A DNA stretch of 64,000 bases, taken from contig CM022672.1 in the NCBI GenBank assembly GCA_012295275.1, positions 14,632,001 to 14,696,000 on the forward strand. The letters run 5' to 3'. Below the pieces are notes generated by a model. It worked only from the letters and a program-made list of their open reading frames with translations. It was not told the origin of the DNA and did no database searches. Shown here one piece after another: positions 42,754 to 57,520 of this stretch (its first letter is position 1; each line of letters starts with the position of its first letter). The DNA comes from Chrysomallon squamiferum (lineage: Eukaryota > Animalia > Mollusca). The translations under genes were made by a program, and so were the position numbers.

Positions 42754-45096
42754 ATATTTTAAAGTAAGCATTCTTTAATTATATTATAACTAGTCAGCTC
42801 AGAATTATATACAAATTTCTCTTCACAGAGCCAGAGGGTAGGAATTTAAAAAGAAAAACAAAAAATAAAAAAAAATCCCGTAACCAAACATAACTGGCTA
42901 CCCATGTGTACTTCTGGGGTTTGTGCGTATGTGTGTCTGTCTGTGTACGTGCATGCTCAGATCTGTAATTATATGTCCGTGTTGATTTATTGAGGTGTGG
43001 AGGTATTTTGCCTACTGTTTGTTTTGTTTTTTTGTTTTTTTGAGTGTGTTTGCATAATTATATTGTACGAGTGTGGGTATGGTGTGTGTTTATGTATGTA
43101 TGTATGTATGTATGTATGTATGTATGTTTGTAAGTGTGTAATGTGTATATGTGAATGTGTGCGTGTATAGGTAAGTATAAATATATGTATATAATTTCCT
43201 ATATTTGTGTGTACTTGTGTGTCTCTGTGTGTTAGTATGAATGTTTCGTTGCATGCGTGTATGATCTTAGTGTGTGTGTGTCCATTTCTGTGTCTGTGAG
43301 TACGTTTGTGTGTGTATATGTGTACAGTTGATCCTCGATATCACGGACTAAATCTGCGAGAAAATTCAAAAAATTTGAACTTACCGCCATTTTCCACTAT
43401 TACGATAGACAGATCAATGCAGGAAGCTCAACAAATTCGGATAGCTCAGTTTCTAAAACGGCTTGTCAGTTATTTTTCACGCTTCCTTCCTTGTTTCCAC
43501 TTTCTGAGTATTTTCGCAGAGTTGATCTCTCATCTGTGCAGGTACTCCGCTAACTTCATTCTTTCTGAACGGAAACCCTCTCTAAAAGTTAATGTTCATT
43601 TGATTCATTTTCATTCCGTTTCCTTCCACACTATAACGAGTAACACCATGTGTCTGAACTTGTAAAATTTTCTTTTCTAAAGTTCTATTCTTGAAGGAGT
43701 AATGTGTTCATTTCTTGAATAGTTCGGTTCTCAGCGATGACCCCTTAGTATCTGTTTATTACTGTGTAACAACCACTATGGAAATACGATACAGAACTCC
43801 AGCTTCGACAGACACGCCTATCTTCTCTGGGTCTGGAAATCAAATTGACCGTTGTCTAGCTTCTTACTTCAATCAAATAACAGCAAATAATGGATTTTAT
43901 ATTTTTTTTTTTTTCTTCTTCTTTTTGTTTATTTGTTGTTGTTGTTTTTTTTTTTTTTTTCCTTCGCTTCAGCTTTTACGTTTATGTCATAGTTTTACAA
44001 AGGTTGAGAATCCTTTATCCAAAACCTATTCAAGCAGACGAGATTGTTCTGTGTTACAGTTTTCCGATAGAAGAAGCGTTCACAAACCTGCGTAAAAACT
44101 ATTAAAAAGATTATACAAAAATATCTGTAGGCTGACTGTACGAAATAAATGCCAATGAGTTTCTACTATAATCTGTATTTCACGTGACTGAGCGAAACAT
44201 TGACGTTCTAATTGGAGCCAGCTGCTGTGAAACACAGCTGCGACAGTCACGCTCTCTGATAAAACCAGCGGGCGTATCTGTCGCAGGAAAGAGCTAGGGG
44301 AGGGGAAAGAGAAGGTGTGGTTATTTAAGTTAATCTCCCTCTCCTTCAACTCCAAAATCTCAAAACATTTCCGGACCAAAGCATTTCGAACTAAAAAAAT
44401 ACTCAGCCTGTATAAATTTATACTGCACATGTATTTTGGATTGTAGTTAATGAGAGGAATGTTCGATTATTTTCTTTTTAATTTATAAAATTTAATTTTT
44501 TAATTTTTTTTTTTAATAATGGGATTTTTGTTGTTTGTGTTTATTTGGGAGGTTGTTTATTTGGGAGGTTGTTTTTTGTTGCTGTTGTTTTGTTTTGTTT
44601 TTTCATGATCTTTTCAGATATTTTCGTTCGGAAATTTAGTGTGTGTGTGTGTGTGTGTGTGTGAGTGGCAGAAGGCCTAATAAAATAAAATAGAAATAAA
44701 ATGCCCAGCCACCACATCTATCTAGCTGTAGGTCAGATGAAGGTCAAGATGCATGTGATGGCTGGGTAAACATAAAGGCAAATTAAAACAAAGAGAATAA
44801 AAACTAATAAAAATAAAATAAACCAAATCAACCAGCTAATAGAATAACCGGAATCGAGTAACAGCTCCAATACAGTAAAATAGGCCTTCAGGTAACATTT
44901 TATGATATTTTGTAAATTTAAACTGGACTAGATTATGTGAACTTGAAACAGCGGCATAAATGACTTTTTATTGTTGTTGTTGTAAATGATATTACTTAGG
45001 AGCGTAAATTAATCGAAATCTGGAGTCAGTAAAATAGAAATTGTTTCAGATCTGAAAACGTGTTAGTTTGTTGTTTGTTGTTGTTGTTTTTTGTTG

Positions 45097-45132
<36 letters not shown>

Positions 45133-45959
45133 ATTTGTTTTGTTTGTTTGGGTTTTTTTGGGGGGTTTTCTTGCATAGTTTTCTTTTCTATTTTTTTGGT
45201 TTTTCGGTTGTTGTTTTAATTGGTTTTTTTTTAATTACCTTAACTTTTAGTTAACTATTCTCACTTTGTGTAAATGCTACCAATGGCTGATTACTTCTTT
45301 TTTCTTCTACACTCAAATTACCCCAATCTTCATATTATCCACAGATCTGATTTCTTCAAAATAACTCATGTGACCATTATTTAACAGACAGTTCAGTAGA
45401 TATGAATCAAGACATATTTAATAGACAGTTTATATGTATTTACTGAAAAATGAAGATAATTCACTACGCGAATGTCTGCAGATTCTACGAGGAAACAACA
45501 AGACAGAAAGCAGCAATTCTTTAAAAAGACAGCACATCTTTCAACTTAATGTTTATAATATGAATGAAGAAAACGAATCGAAAAATTAACTTCTTTAACA
45601 CTACATCAAGTTTTTGTTCTTTCTTTTTCTTCTCGTATTTTTTTTTCTCTCTCTCTATCTCTTTCTTAAGCTTTTTGCATAAATATAATGTGCTTTTTTA
45701 TGTATTTGATCAGTAGCCCTAGGTGTATTATAAACTTTCTGACATAAACTTTCGATCGATTCGATGTAAATTGATAAAATTTCTTCAGTGAAGATAAATG
45801 GCTCCAAATAAATATATGTTTAGTTTTAAATCTCTAAAACAGTGTGTAATAACTAGAGATAATATCAACTGCTTTTTATTCGTCGTTGCTTTGCTTGATC
45901 ATAAACACGTAAAATAAAAAGGTGGTGTGATACCAAGTATTAATAAAGAATTTGAAAAC

Positions 45960-46026
45960 GAGGTTTGGTCGGCATTTCCGGTTGTGTGCGAAAGGCGGAC
46001 GTTTTGTTAAGAAGAGTAATATAAAG
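45960..46026 (+). promoter_or_regulatory. PRPF38B: Probable PRPF38B core promoter and non-coding first exon
   Basis: Local GC/CpG-rich patch with an ETS-type ATTTCCGGTT motif, ending in donor AAG|GTATAG at 46026. The coding exon has an acceptor (TTACAG, 46809) only 3 nt before the ATG, so an upstream exon is expected. Confidence 0.5.
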
Positions 46027-46812
46027 GTATAGTAATCTTTTAAAAGAGAATTATTTATGCTTAAATATAACTTATTTTATATACTAGCCGTTATAATATT
46101 TCAAAAAGTAAAATGGCTGTGGTTAAAGAAACCATAATAGGTTTAAATTTCAAAAAATAAGAACGCAGATAAAAATTTAATTTTACAGTCAAGAGTCATG
46201 TCTTGAAGATAAATCGAAGCCAAATATCGCGCCAGCAATTACTGCAATCAGCCGTTCAGAGCTGTTTATTCTTTTATTTTATTTATATTTTATTATTATT
46301 ATTATTATTATTACTTTGTTTTAATTTTTAGTTTTATGAATATTATTATTAATTATTATAATTAACTTAATTCTATTATTAATTTATTGATTTTCAAAGG
46401 GAAATGTCCTATTAATAATTAATGAATTACTCTTTTTTAAAGTATATATCATCTTAGATATTTTATTACAGAAAAGTTGCAGTACAATTTGTTCAAATAT
46501 AATGTAAAATAAACAAATAAATGATAAACTTCTTTATAATTAGTGATATATCATTCTAATAAGAAATTTTGCCAGTCAGTAATAATACAGTGTAACCATC
46601 AAATGATCAATTCCTGGAGGCAGCAGCATTTTCTTTGTTTAATTGTAAATTAATTTTGCTATCTATCGTGGTAAAAATTAATTTAATCTGTTATCATATT
46701 TGTCATAGCATGGCATTTTACTGTTGTAGTTTAAAAAAATAATAATAATAAAAAAAAAAATTATATCATTAATCGTGTTTTGTGTTACATAATGTATATT
46801 TCATTACAGATC

Positions 46813-49800
46813 ATGGCACCCAACAATGCTCTTACAATATGGGGCAATGAGAAGACAATGAATTTGAACACATTGCTTTTAACAAACATACAGTCATCTC
46901 CATATTTTAAAGTCAATTTGTTTGACCTCAAGACATATCATGAGGTTATAGATGAAATTTACTACAAGGTAGGTAAGAATGCATCACTTCTGTTGTATTT
47001 TTTCTTCTTACTTCAGTTGTATTGGATTCCTTCGTTAAAATTGGCTTTTATTTTATTTTTTATTTTTTATACTAAATTATTACTGTAATAAATTCATTGA
47101 CATCTCAGATGTTATTTTATTAAATTTTTATGTAATTTATTATTTACAGTAACTATTAAAGTATAGTTAACATAACATGCTCACGTTTTGTATTGATCAT
47201 TTTAATATTACGTAGCACGTATTCCACTATTGTTTTATTCTCCATCACCACCATGTCAATGTTCATATAAAAAAGAAGAAGAAAGAAATAATAAGAATAA
47301 ACTCAACTTTTTCAACTGAATTTGAACACACTGAGGCATAAAGAAAGGATACAGTGCATATGCAGCCTTATACTTGTGTTCTTACTTCTGCTTTCTGTTT
47401 GAAGGTCACACATCTTGAACCATGGGAGAAAGGTAGCAGAAAGACTGCAGGACAGACAGGAATGTGTGGAGGGGTAAGTTAACACATTCTGTACTCTGTT
47501 GATAGTTAACATTCTTATTATTATATTTGTGTATATAACCCATTTGTTTTTGTTTTCTAAATATCTTATTACACATAGAACCAAAATCATTTGAAAAATC
47601 ATCTGACACAAGTTTCCAAACAAATTTTCTGGTATTTTTTAGTTTTTCTCTTTTTTTTTTCTCTTTTTTTTATTAATTACAGCTATACGAAATTTAATTA
47701 TAGTTTATTATTATTATTATATATGTTTTTTTTATTATTATTATTATTATTAATTTAGAATTTTATGTTCTGTGCCTAGTTTGGAAAGTATTCTTGCTTT
47801 GATGGGCAGTCTAGCTGTTTATTTTAAATACTTAGAAAAGGCCACATTGAATAAATGTCTTTATTATCCCCTTTAATCAAAGAAATGTTGGATCAGTTCT
47901 TGTATTTTGTTGTTGTTATTTAAATTCATTATTAGTCAATTATCTATACTCAGTCTTGTGCCTTTTACTTCAGGTACGAGGTGTGGGTGCTGGCGGTATT
48001 GTGTCCAGTGCTTTCTGCTTGCTGTATAAACTGTTCACCCTCAGACTGACCAGAAAACAGCTCATTGGACTCATAACTCACACAGACTCACCATACATCA
48101 GAGGACTAGGATTTATGTACATACGGTCAGTCTTTTACTGATATTGTAAATCTTCCTGACAGTGGCAAACATTCCACGAGTTTATCTAAGAGCAGCAGAG
48201 TTACCATGATCCTGCAGAGGCAAATAACAATTCGTTCATCCTATTTTAGTGTTTTTAGCTCAGCGAAACAGTTGTAAAATAAATGAGTATAGGTTGCTTT
48301 GTGCCTATGTACATACATTATAACAATATGACAGGTGTACGTTTGTTTTGGGTAAATGTGTTCACTGAAATTGTTTTCTGAATTAAAAATATCAAGATGT
48401 TATGTATGATAATAAAACAAAAATAAAAATCAGTTGGACTAATTTGAAATGGCATAGGAAAAAAACACACACATTCTGTAATAATAAGCTGAAACATAGT
48501 GTGATAAAATTACGAGATATGATTTTTTTAACTGTGCACATTTATTGATTTGTTTTTTTTACATAAGATGCATGTTCATATGCATACAGACACACACACA
48601 CAAATATGCATTTAATAATTTTTACTCAGTTAAAATAACTGTTTACATATAACGTATCACATTTTAGATAAATGCACATTTATTGATTTTTATTTGATGT
48701 ATTAGTTACACAAGTTTTTTACGTTACAGATATACTCAGCCACCTGCTGATTTATGGGATTGGTATGAAGACTATCTTGACGATGAAGAGGTAACTTGTC
48801 AACAGAATAATTTTATTTGATATCACTAGAATTTATCCTTTTTAAATTAACCTGATCTTAAAAAGATCATTACTTTTTTTTTTTTAAATGGAAGAAATGA
48901 TAGTAGTAGCATAGAACTCAGTATTAATATTACAGCTGAATAGTTATCTGTATTTTTTAAAAAAAAAAACAAGCTAATATTAATTTTTGATATTTTGTAT
49001 AGTAGATTTTTTCTTTGTTTAAAAAAAAAAAAAATCGTTGCTTTTTTTTATTTTTATTTTTATTTTTTTCTGCTTTAATAACATTACAACAAAAAAAAAT
49101 ATGGCAATTTGAGAGTAAACTAGCCTCACTTTATCAGAATTTGTGCATGTGAACCTGTTGCTATGTTAAATTTTGTTGTAACTGCAGGCTGGGTGTTGCT
49201 CTAGGCCATTACGTAGCAGGGCGTCTGACCAGGCAGTCATCAGATATCCATCCTCAACTTGAGGTTAACACTCAAAGCTAACCTTTGTTTTTGTTTTAAT
49301 TACTACAAATGTTTGGTTGTTTGCATTTCATAATAGCAGAGTTCACGACCAGATCATGTTGAAATAAATGTGAAAATTCAAATACTTTGTGAACCAAAAA
49401 AAAAAAAAGTATTAAAAAAAAGCTTGATGACCCTTCTGGTACGTTTTTGTTGAACTTAAATAATTTTTTGATGTTTGTGTGTGTGTGATTTTTTTTTAAC
49501 GTTTTTTGTATTTTTTTTCAACTGCTAAATTATTTAAATTGCAGTACATCAGTTAAATTATTGAGATAGAATAATGCCCTCTAGACATCACTTATTTCAT
49601 AATGCTGAAAAATGTTCAAGCGTTTCAGTTAAAATTTACCTGGTAGTTTTGTATTCTTTCTCACATTTTACAAAAAAAAAAAAAATCATTTGACATTGTT
49701 TTTATTTTTATTTATTTTTTAGTTTCTTTTTATTATGCTCAGATATCATCATTCATTTCAGTGATGTTAGATTATCACCAAAGCATTAGTGTACATGAAC

Positions 49801-51135
49801 ACTGAAGCCAAAACTATGCCTGACCTTTCTTTTATATTTTTATTGCTAATTTAGTGTGTGAATACATTAATTTGATTTTTTATTATTTTGAAGTCGGAAA
49901 TTAAGCTAGAATCTTTTATTTTCTGGATATTTGTTTTTAAAAATTTGGCTAGAGCAAGACCCAAATTCCTTTAATTTAAAAAATACTATACTTTTTATAT
50001 TTATAGGTGTTGTTTGTTACGTGTGTATCTGTTTTGATGAATTGGTTTCTGTATTTGTAGGAAGTAGACGTGAAAGCGGGCGGAGGCCATGTGATCACAA
50101 TAGGAGAACTGGTTCGCCAGTTCCTAGTCAAACTTGAGTGGTATTCCACTCTGTTTCCACGCATCCCGGTGCCAGTTCAGAAAGTCATTCAGGAGAAGCT
50201 GAGAGAACATCCTCCAGTTCACGCAGCGCGACCAGTTGAGGATGATGTGTCCATCCGACCAGAACATCCCAGGCTGGACAGCGTGTCGTTCGGCGAAGCA
50301 GAGCGGGTGTCTCACAAGAGACACAGGTGAGTTGAAAGGTGATGAACCACTTAATTCTTACATCGTTCTGTCTGGAAATTATTAGCATTTTATACACACA
50401 CACTCTGAACAAAATTTAATTGTTATATGGATTTTTGTTTTAAATAATTTATAAATTTTATATCTTCTTGTTATTTCTAAAAATAATGATTTTGTATGAA
50501 ACATTTCACTATCAGTTTATTAATTTTTTAAATTACAAAACAAAACAAAACAAAAAAGAATTAGTGAGTGGTAACCTTTTCAAAAATCTAAATGAATGTT
50601 AGGTGAGTTTGCAAAGTTATTGTTTGAAAAATGACAAGTCTGTTCTGAATTCAGTCCAAGTGATGACAGGCGGGCTCCCAGGCACCGATCTCCTCGCCGG
50701 TCACCACCGCGGAGATCACCCCCATCTTCATCCAGACACCGCTCACCACGACCGTCGCCACCTCCTCACAGGAGATCACCCTATTACCGCTCACCTCGCA
50801 GGTCACCACCACCACCACCACCACCACCACCATCCAGACACAGATCTCCGCCCCACAGGGACCGCTACCATTCCCACGACGACGATTTTGCCAGGCAGCT
50901 GGAGAGGGAGCGAAAGAGGCAGCAGCGAGAGAAAGACAGAGATGGCAAGGTGAAGGACAAAGGAAGGAAGCGGTCGGGCAGCAGGGAGCGACGCAGGTCG
51001 CGAAGCCGAAGTCGAGACAGGAAGGAGAAAACAAAACACCGGTCACGTTCACGGTCGAGAACAAAAGTGCACAAACACAGAGACAGAAGCAGTGACCGCA
51101 ACACCCGCTCCCACGACAACAATGGACACTGCTAA
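46813..51135 (+). CDS. PRPF38B: Pre-mRNA-splicing factor 38B (PRP38 domain plus RS/RE-rich C-terminus), 394 aa
   Basis: Exons 46813-46968, 47405-47473, 47974-48125, 48730-48790, 50061-50326, 50655-51135 (GT-AG, continuous frame). Translation WGNEKTMNLN...SSPYFKV...KTYHEVIDEIYYKVTHLEPWEKGSRKTAGQTGMCGGVRGVGAGGIVSSAFCLLYKLFTL...YIRYTQPP.DLWDW...LEWYSTLFPRIPVPVQK matches animal PRPF38B. The last exon has RSP repeats, a (CCA)9 poly-Pro at 50806-50832 and RS repeats. Confidence 0.96.
49188..49263 (+). other. PRPF38B: Candidate alternative poison (PTC) cassette exon of PRPF38B
   Basis: GC-rich 76-nt island in an AT-rich intron. Acceptor TTTTGTTGTAACTGCAG|, donor GAG|GTTAAC, in-frame TGA at 49260-49262. 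Confidence 0.55.
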
Positions 51136-52397
51136 CATAGACCACTCGTTTTAGTTCCTCGACAGTTTTAAAAAACATTCTCCAGTAAACTAGGATCATT
51201 TCAACAGTGATTGGTGTTAACACAGCTCAGAGGCGAGCCGCAGTGATCACAATTCCAAGATTACAACAACTAGTGGTCACTGCTAATGAAGCTTATTATT
51301 TTGTTTTTCCTTTCTCAACATTTTAACACCGAGTCTGTCCAGTCCTCTGTAAGTAGCATCAACTTAGGATGGAGACCACAAGCAGTGATTGAAATTCCAA
51401 GTTTACTGTAACAACAGACACTGGTGACCAAGCTTATTTTTAGTTTTTCATTTTTCAGCATCCTCACATATGTATCGTCTTTAAGTAAAACACTATGTCC
51501 ATTCAGGTTACATACATATACGAACAAAGTAGAAATTATTTTTTTGTACAAGTTGTAAGCTTTTTCAACTATTGAACAAATGGAAATGAAAATACTGTGG
51601 GTTTTTTTTTTTTTTTTTGTCAACATCACTGAGAAGGACTGCTCGACTTCACCATGTTTTTAAATGCCATCATATCAAATTTTCATTCTTGTACAGAGAC
51701 TCAGAATATTGATTGTATACATATTTTATTTAAAAAAATCAAAATCTCCATTGATTGAAAGTACATAAGAAGAATGTTAATTCATTTGGCCTTAACACTT
51801 TTTGTTTTAAAACGGTAAGTTTCATTTGTGTTTTATGTCGAAACTTCTCTTCATATTTGAAAAGTTATGCAATGGTTAGGAACAGTTTGATCATTAATAA
51901 TTAGTCAATTTTCTCCATTCAGTGCTTCATGAAACGTTTAATGTTTCATTATCAAACAAGTCATAAATATGTTTAGTTGTATTTTTTAAAGTAATTTTTA
52001 TGCATTTGCTTTACAAAATTAGTGATCATTAATCATGAAATATATTAATGGGGATTTGTTACTTCTCTTTTTTCTTTTCTTTTTTTAAATCCATCATTAA
52101 ATGTGTTTGAACATACAGTTTAGTTTTGAGGCAGCAATGAAATAAATGTAATTACATATTTTATAATTAATTTGGTCTGTCATGATCAGTTTAAATACTT
52201 TGGATCATTCTTCAGAGTTCATTTTCAGAATACACCATTGTCATATGCAATTCATCTTTAAATGTGTTCAGATACTGAGCCTTCATCTCACTTCAGATCT
52301 GTACAAATAGGTTTATTTTAAGACCTTGAACATGGCCAATATTTTTTCTTCTGAAAGTCACCTATTTTCACTGTGGGTCTGTACAGAAGGGATTTTG

Positions 52398-52436
<39 letters not shown>

Positions 52437-54159
52437 GGGGCTTTTGTCAATATTTACATTGTTATTATTTTCCTTCATTAGGATTCATGTTAGGTATTTT
52501 TAATAAATATTCTACTCATCAGTTTTATTTCAATCTTTGATCTGAAAATTAAAAAAAAAAAGCTTTTAGACTTTAAAACATAATTTTGGTAATATATGTT
52601 TGAAATACCTTTGTTGGCTTAAGGTTGTTTTCTTTATTTTTATTAAAATATTTGATTATTGGACTTTTTCTTAGACCTTGAAGAACTTAATGGTTTGTTC
52701 ATAAATTTGTATATATCATATTGATAACTGTAATAATAGATACATTTTAATTTTATTGAAAAAGTAATTAAATTTCAGTAAATATGATTCATACTGGTTT
52801 TAATTGTAATGTTATAATAAAAATAATGAAACGGGTTTAACTAAATAAAGATACACTGATACATTCTTATTTAGTTTTGTCTCAAAAAAAATTGTTTCAA
52901 GAAGGCAAGGCTGTATAAAACAGATGTGTGTGCCTTTTTTGCTTGTTCAGCAGATTTTAACAGAAAAATGAACTGATAATAAATTTAAAAGATGACATAA
53001 AGTCCAAGATAAGTCATTATACAATGTAAATTAATGATTCTGTTTTTAAAATTCATGTCATAAAAATGTTTGTTGTGTAAATATATTTTTTCTTTTTTTC
53101 TTTTTTTACATATATATGTTCATTTTATCAAATATAACATACAATATTATTCAGAGTTTTGTTGTTTTTAATACAAACACTAAAGCTATCATTATACGTG
53201 TATGTATTTATAGGGAACAACTGGTTTTTGACTTAAGAAGTGTTAACCAGCTTTTATCATGTGAAAGTTAGAATGTCAGTTTGCCATTCAACCTGGGCAA
53301 GAATAAAGCTGATACTTTAAGTCAGTTATTTCATTTTTATTCTGCAGTCATAAATAATATTAAAAAAATTAATGAAATTTACTTTTATCGTGACTTACAG
53401 ATTTTTACATATTGAATTTGTCATCTACATAAAAATTATATAACAGTATTTAACAAGAATTTTTTTTTATTATTATTTATATAATCTTTTTAAAAAGGTA
53501 TTTAAAAAGTTCACAGATATTAAACACTAAAGAAATAATAAACATTTACATTTATACCTTAAATAATAACTAATGTATCGAAGTAAATATAGTAAATATG
53601 CTGTCTTAAAAAGCTATCTTTTTGGTCAGTACCCATAACTACAGTAATCTATCTAATTATGTCTTGCCTCTGCATACAGTGATGTAGTGTGTATGTAAGT
53701 TTGTAGTGCTGTACATTGTTTAAACACTGTTAAAAGGATGGCAATGAAGTCTTATCCTTCCCCCCGCCGCAAAAAACATAATGGAAACTGTTCATTAAAT
53801 TAAAATCACTTTATTATTTTGCTATGAACGTTTTTTTTAATTAAAATGGTAATAAACTATGAAAATTGTACATTAATAAAATCAAAATTATAACAGATTT
53901 TGTTTTGATTTTTAAATTGCTCCACGTTTTTAAATGAAGTAGTTCAAATATACTACAAAGATTGAGCCTCCATACATTAACTTTTCTGTATATAAAAAAA
54001 AAAAAAATAATAATAATAATAGCAAGCTATTAGAATTAAAGTTTTAAGCAGTTTATTTCAATATGAGAATAATAAGGTAAGATCATTTTATTTTAGAAAT
54101 TACAAATTATATAACAACTAATTCAGTCCATAAAATGTATAATTGGTATTCTGTGTACA

Positions 54160-54209
<50 letters not shown>

Positions 54210-54493
54210 GTGTGTGTGTGTGTGTGTGCAAGATGTCTACAAAGGATTAGCTATCAATCAACAATGTATAATAATAATAATAATAATATGAGCTTTTGTT
54301 CAAATAGAAAGTTTAATTAATGTGAATTTTAAATAGCTGATAAAAATTAATTTTTACATTAATCACAAAATAAATGAGTTAAATCACACAGCACAATTCA
54401 AACAGAAATAATTCATAAATTAATGAGAACATGGAATATATTTTGATCTCCCAGCAGTGGAAAAAATATATTAAAAAATAAATAAATAAATAA

Positions 54494-54550
<57 letters not shown>

Positions 54551-55581
54551 AATAATAATGCCTAAAAACAAAAACAAAAACAGAATCAGTTTGTAAAAAT
54601 AATATTTTTCTACATCACAGAACTCACCCAATAATAACACAAGAGGCAGACACTGTAAACAAATTTATCATTCAGAACTGATCAATAATGTTAACAGATG
54701 AGAACAAAAGCATTTAGTTTTTACTGAAGACTTTTTAATTTTTCTTAGGACTAATGATTTCTCATACTTTTTGCCTTTTCCAACTTTTGCGTCATGTCTA
54801 ACATGCAGAGATATTTTCCTACCCCAGATAAGTGTTTGTACAAATATCATAAAAATATTATAATTAAAAACATTGTTTTTTAAAAAAAAATACTCTGAGT
54901 ATGATTACATGAATCTGATTCTCCAGTGATAAAACTTAATATTAAAGGCAATATACAAACTGTAGGAATTCTCAACAGAAGACAATCTAACAAAGATAGT
55001 AAAATTAATATCAAAACTTGTTCATTTTAATTAAAAACATGCAATCATAAAAATGCTAAGGATTCTGAAAAAAAAAAAAAAAAAACAGTTTAAAAAACTT
55101 TGCTATATTTCTCTAACACTATTGATCAGTTTTTAATGAGAAATTTGTTTACATTCTCTTCCCCTGGGGGTCATCAATGGGCGTGTCCTGAAGCACAGCA
55201 AGATATTCTTAAAGGAAATTGATTTCATTTTCCGAGAAGCCACATTTGTTTTCTGTCATGGAGAGACAATGGTTTGCAGTTTTCAATAATTTATGAATTG
55301 TCATTGTTTGAACTGGTCTGTTTCTTTCACCTCAGATGCGATGTTGTTAATGTGAAATTAATGTATTTTATTTAATTTTATTTTTAAAAAATAAAAATTC
55401 TCAATACATTAAGAGATTTTTTGTCTGCATCTTGCTGTTTAAAATACAAATACAGTGTTCAAATGGTCACGAAATTAACATAATGTCATTTTTCTTCTGT
55501 CGCATTAATATTTAGTATTAAATGATTATTATTTTTATTTTATTTTATTTTTTTTTTATTTGTTATTTTATTTGTATTTTA

Positions 55582-55646
<65 letters not shown>

Positions 55647-57279
55647 ATATATTTTTTTTAATACACATAATCTGATTATTTTTATGTGATTCTTATGAGT
55701 GTGTTTATGAATCTGAACGTGCTGATTGTTATTCTGGTAATTCTGCTGTAAAATCAAATCATTGTGAAATTAAATTATTTTAAAATTATCTCCTAAAATA
55801 TCAGTAAAAGAAAGATTTCTGTTCAATTTGCTCACTACCAAACAGACACGCACATATGCACAACATATGTACATATTATATACACACACAACAACACATA
55901 TATCTACTGTTATTATATACATTTACTGAAATATGACATCAATAAAGATTTTAATAACTACATATGCACTTGTTATGTGATAACACTTAATATTCCATTC
56001 ATTTCACAGTATTACTCATCAGACATTAAACAATCAGCATTCGTACTTTTTTATTATTAAAATCATCTACAACTTCATATCATTATCATGCAACGTTACC
56101 CACGCGTTATAAATTGGACTCAGTCTTACTTGACTTTTTCTGACTGTTGTCAACAACAATGAGCGAGTTATTGATTTTGTTACTTTGTTCAAAATGAAGT
56201 TTTGTTTGACACGTGCAGCTGTTCCAATGCTTTTCTATCTAATTCATCTCCCAGTCTGAATTTTATTCACAAAAGGAATCTGATTTATCGATAGGTGTGG
56301 AGAAACACTGCAGAGAAAATAAAGAATAGAGAAATTCAAACTATTAAATTAAACCAAGTTGAAATCACTGTGTTTGCGATTAAAAATAAAATATGTTGTA
56401 ACATTTAAACTACAGTGTTATGCTAAGCAGAAAAAAAAAACCCCACAGTAATTCTGTGTTAATAGCAAATTTAGTTTCTCTTATTTGCATAAAATATATG
56501 TTTGAGATTATATAAGTGTAATGGTTAATTTATAACAGGTTGTAAGAAATGCAGTTTTAAGTTTATTGTCAGGGTGTGCCTGATGAATGTTTGTGTTGTT
56601 TTTAATGATAGAATGTGTGTTTTAATTTATTTTACCTGTCAGACTGTGTTTTAAATACTGATAAAAAGAAAAACTGTTTATACACAATAACACATTTATA
56701 TTCACACACACACAGAGAGATATATACACAAATATATAAAACTACATACTTACATCCATACATACATACATGAATACATACACACTTATATACATACATA
56801 CATACATATATGCACACATACATATACAAAAACATTCACATATAGACAAAAAAAAACAGACATATACACATACATACAAAAACATTCACATATAGACAAA
56901 AAAAACAGACATATACACATACATACAAAAACATACACACATATTTTTAAAATTAATTTCAACAAAGATCACAATCAAAATCAAATCTAAAAACCACAAG
57001 CCACTATATTAAATTCTTTTCAAGAAATCCAAACAAAACCCAACAAAAAAAAAAAAAAAAAAAAATTTTTAAAAAAAAATCCTTTGTTCTCATTAAAACC
57101 ACCTCCCTAAAGACTCTTATCCTTTGCCGTTTTCATCTTTCCCCTGGAATCATCATGATAATAATAATAATAATTTTCAAAAAAAAAAAATCCTTTACAG
57201 ATTTGTCATGATTAATAACTGGCTGATTGTCGTGTTGCTGGAGACATTTTCTTCATCTTCTTCATCACTGACAGCTTAA

Positions 57280-57520
57280 TCGCACCTGATTGGACTCAGC
57301 CTGGCCCACGTCTCAACATGGAGAGACCAGCGAAGAGTGAGCGGGTGAGCGAGTGAGTGAGCGAGAGAGAGAGAGAGTGAGCAGAGCACTTTCTTAATGC
57401 TGCGGTTGGTTTGGAGGTCTGTATAAGACGAGAGTTCAGCTGTGAGTCAGGTTCAGTGTGTTTCGGGTCACTAGGAAACCGATCATTCAGCTGGCCTGGG
57501 ATGAAGACTGCGTGAAGATT
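57280..57520 (+). promoter_or_regulatory. Candidate Pol II promoter (CCAAT, GA-rich tract, TATA, AP-1, Inr)
   Basis: ATTGG at 57289, (GAGT/GA)n tract, TATAAG at 57422, TGAGTCA at 57443, TCAGT Inr-like motif at 57453-57457 about 30 nt after the TATA. Confidence 0.4.

Noticed and set aside
50603-51223. Alternative-frame and antisense ORFs (poly-His, poly-Trp, poly-Val) over the last PRPF38B exon
   Set aside because: They are shadows of the GC-rich RS/Pro-coding exon and its (CCA)9 run. The spliced frame gives the expected RS domain.
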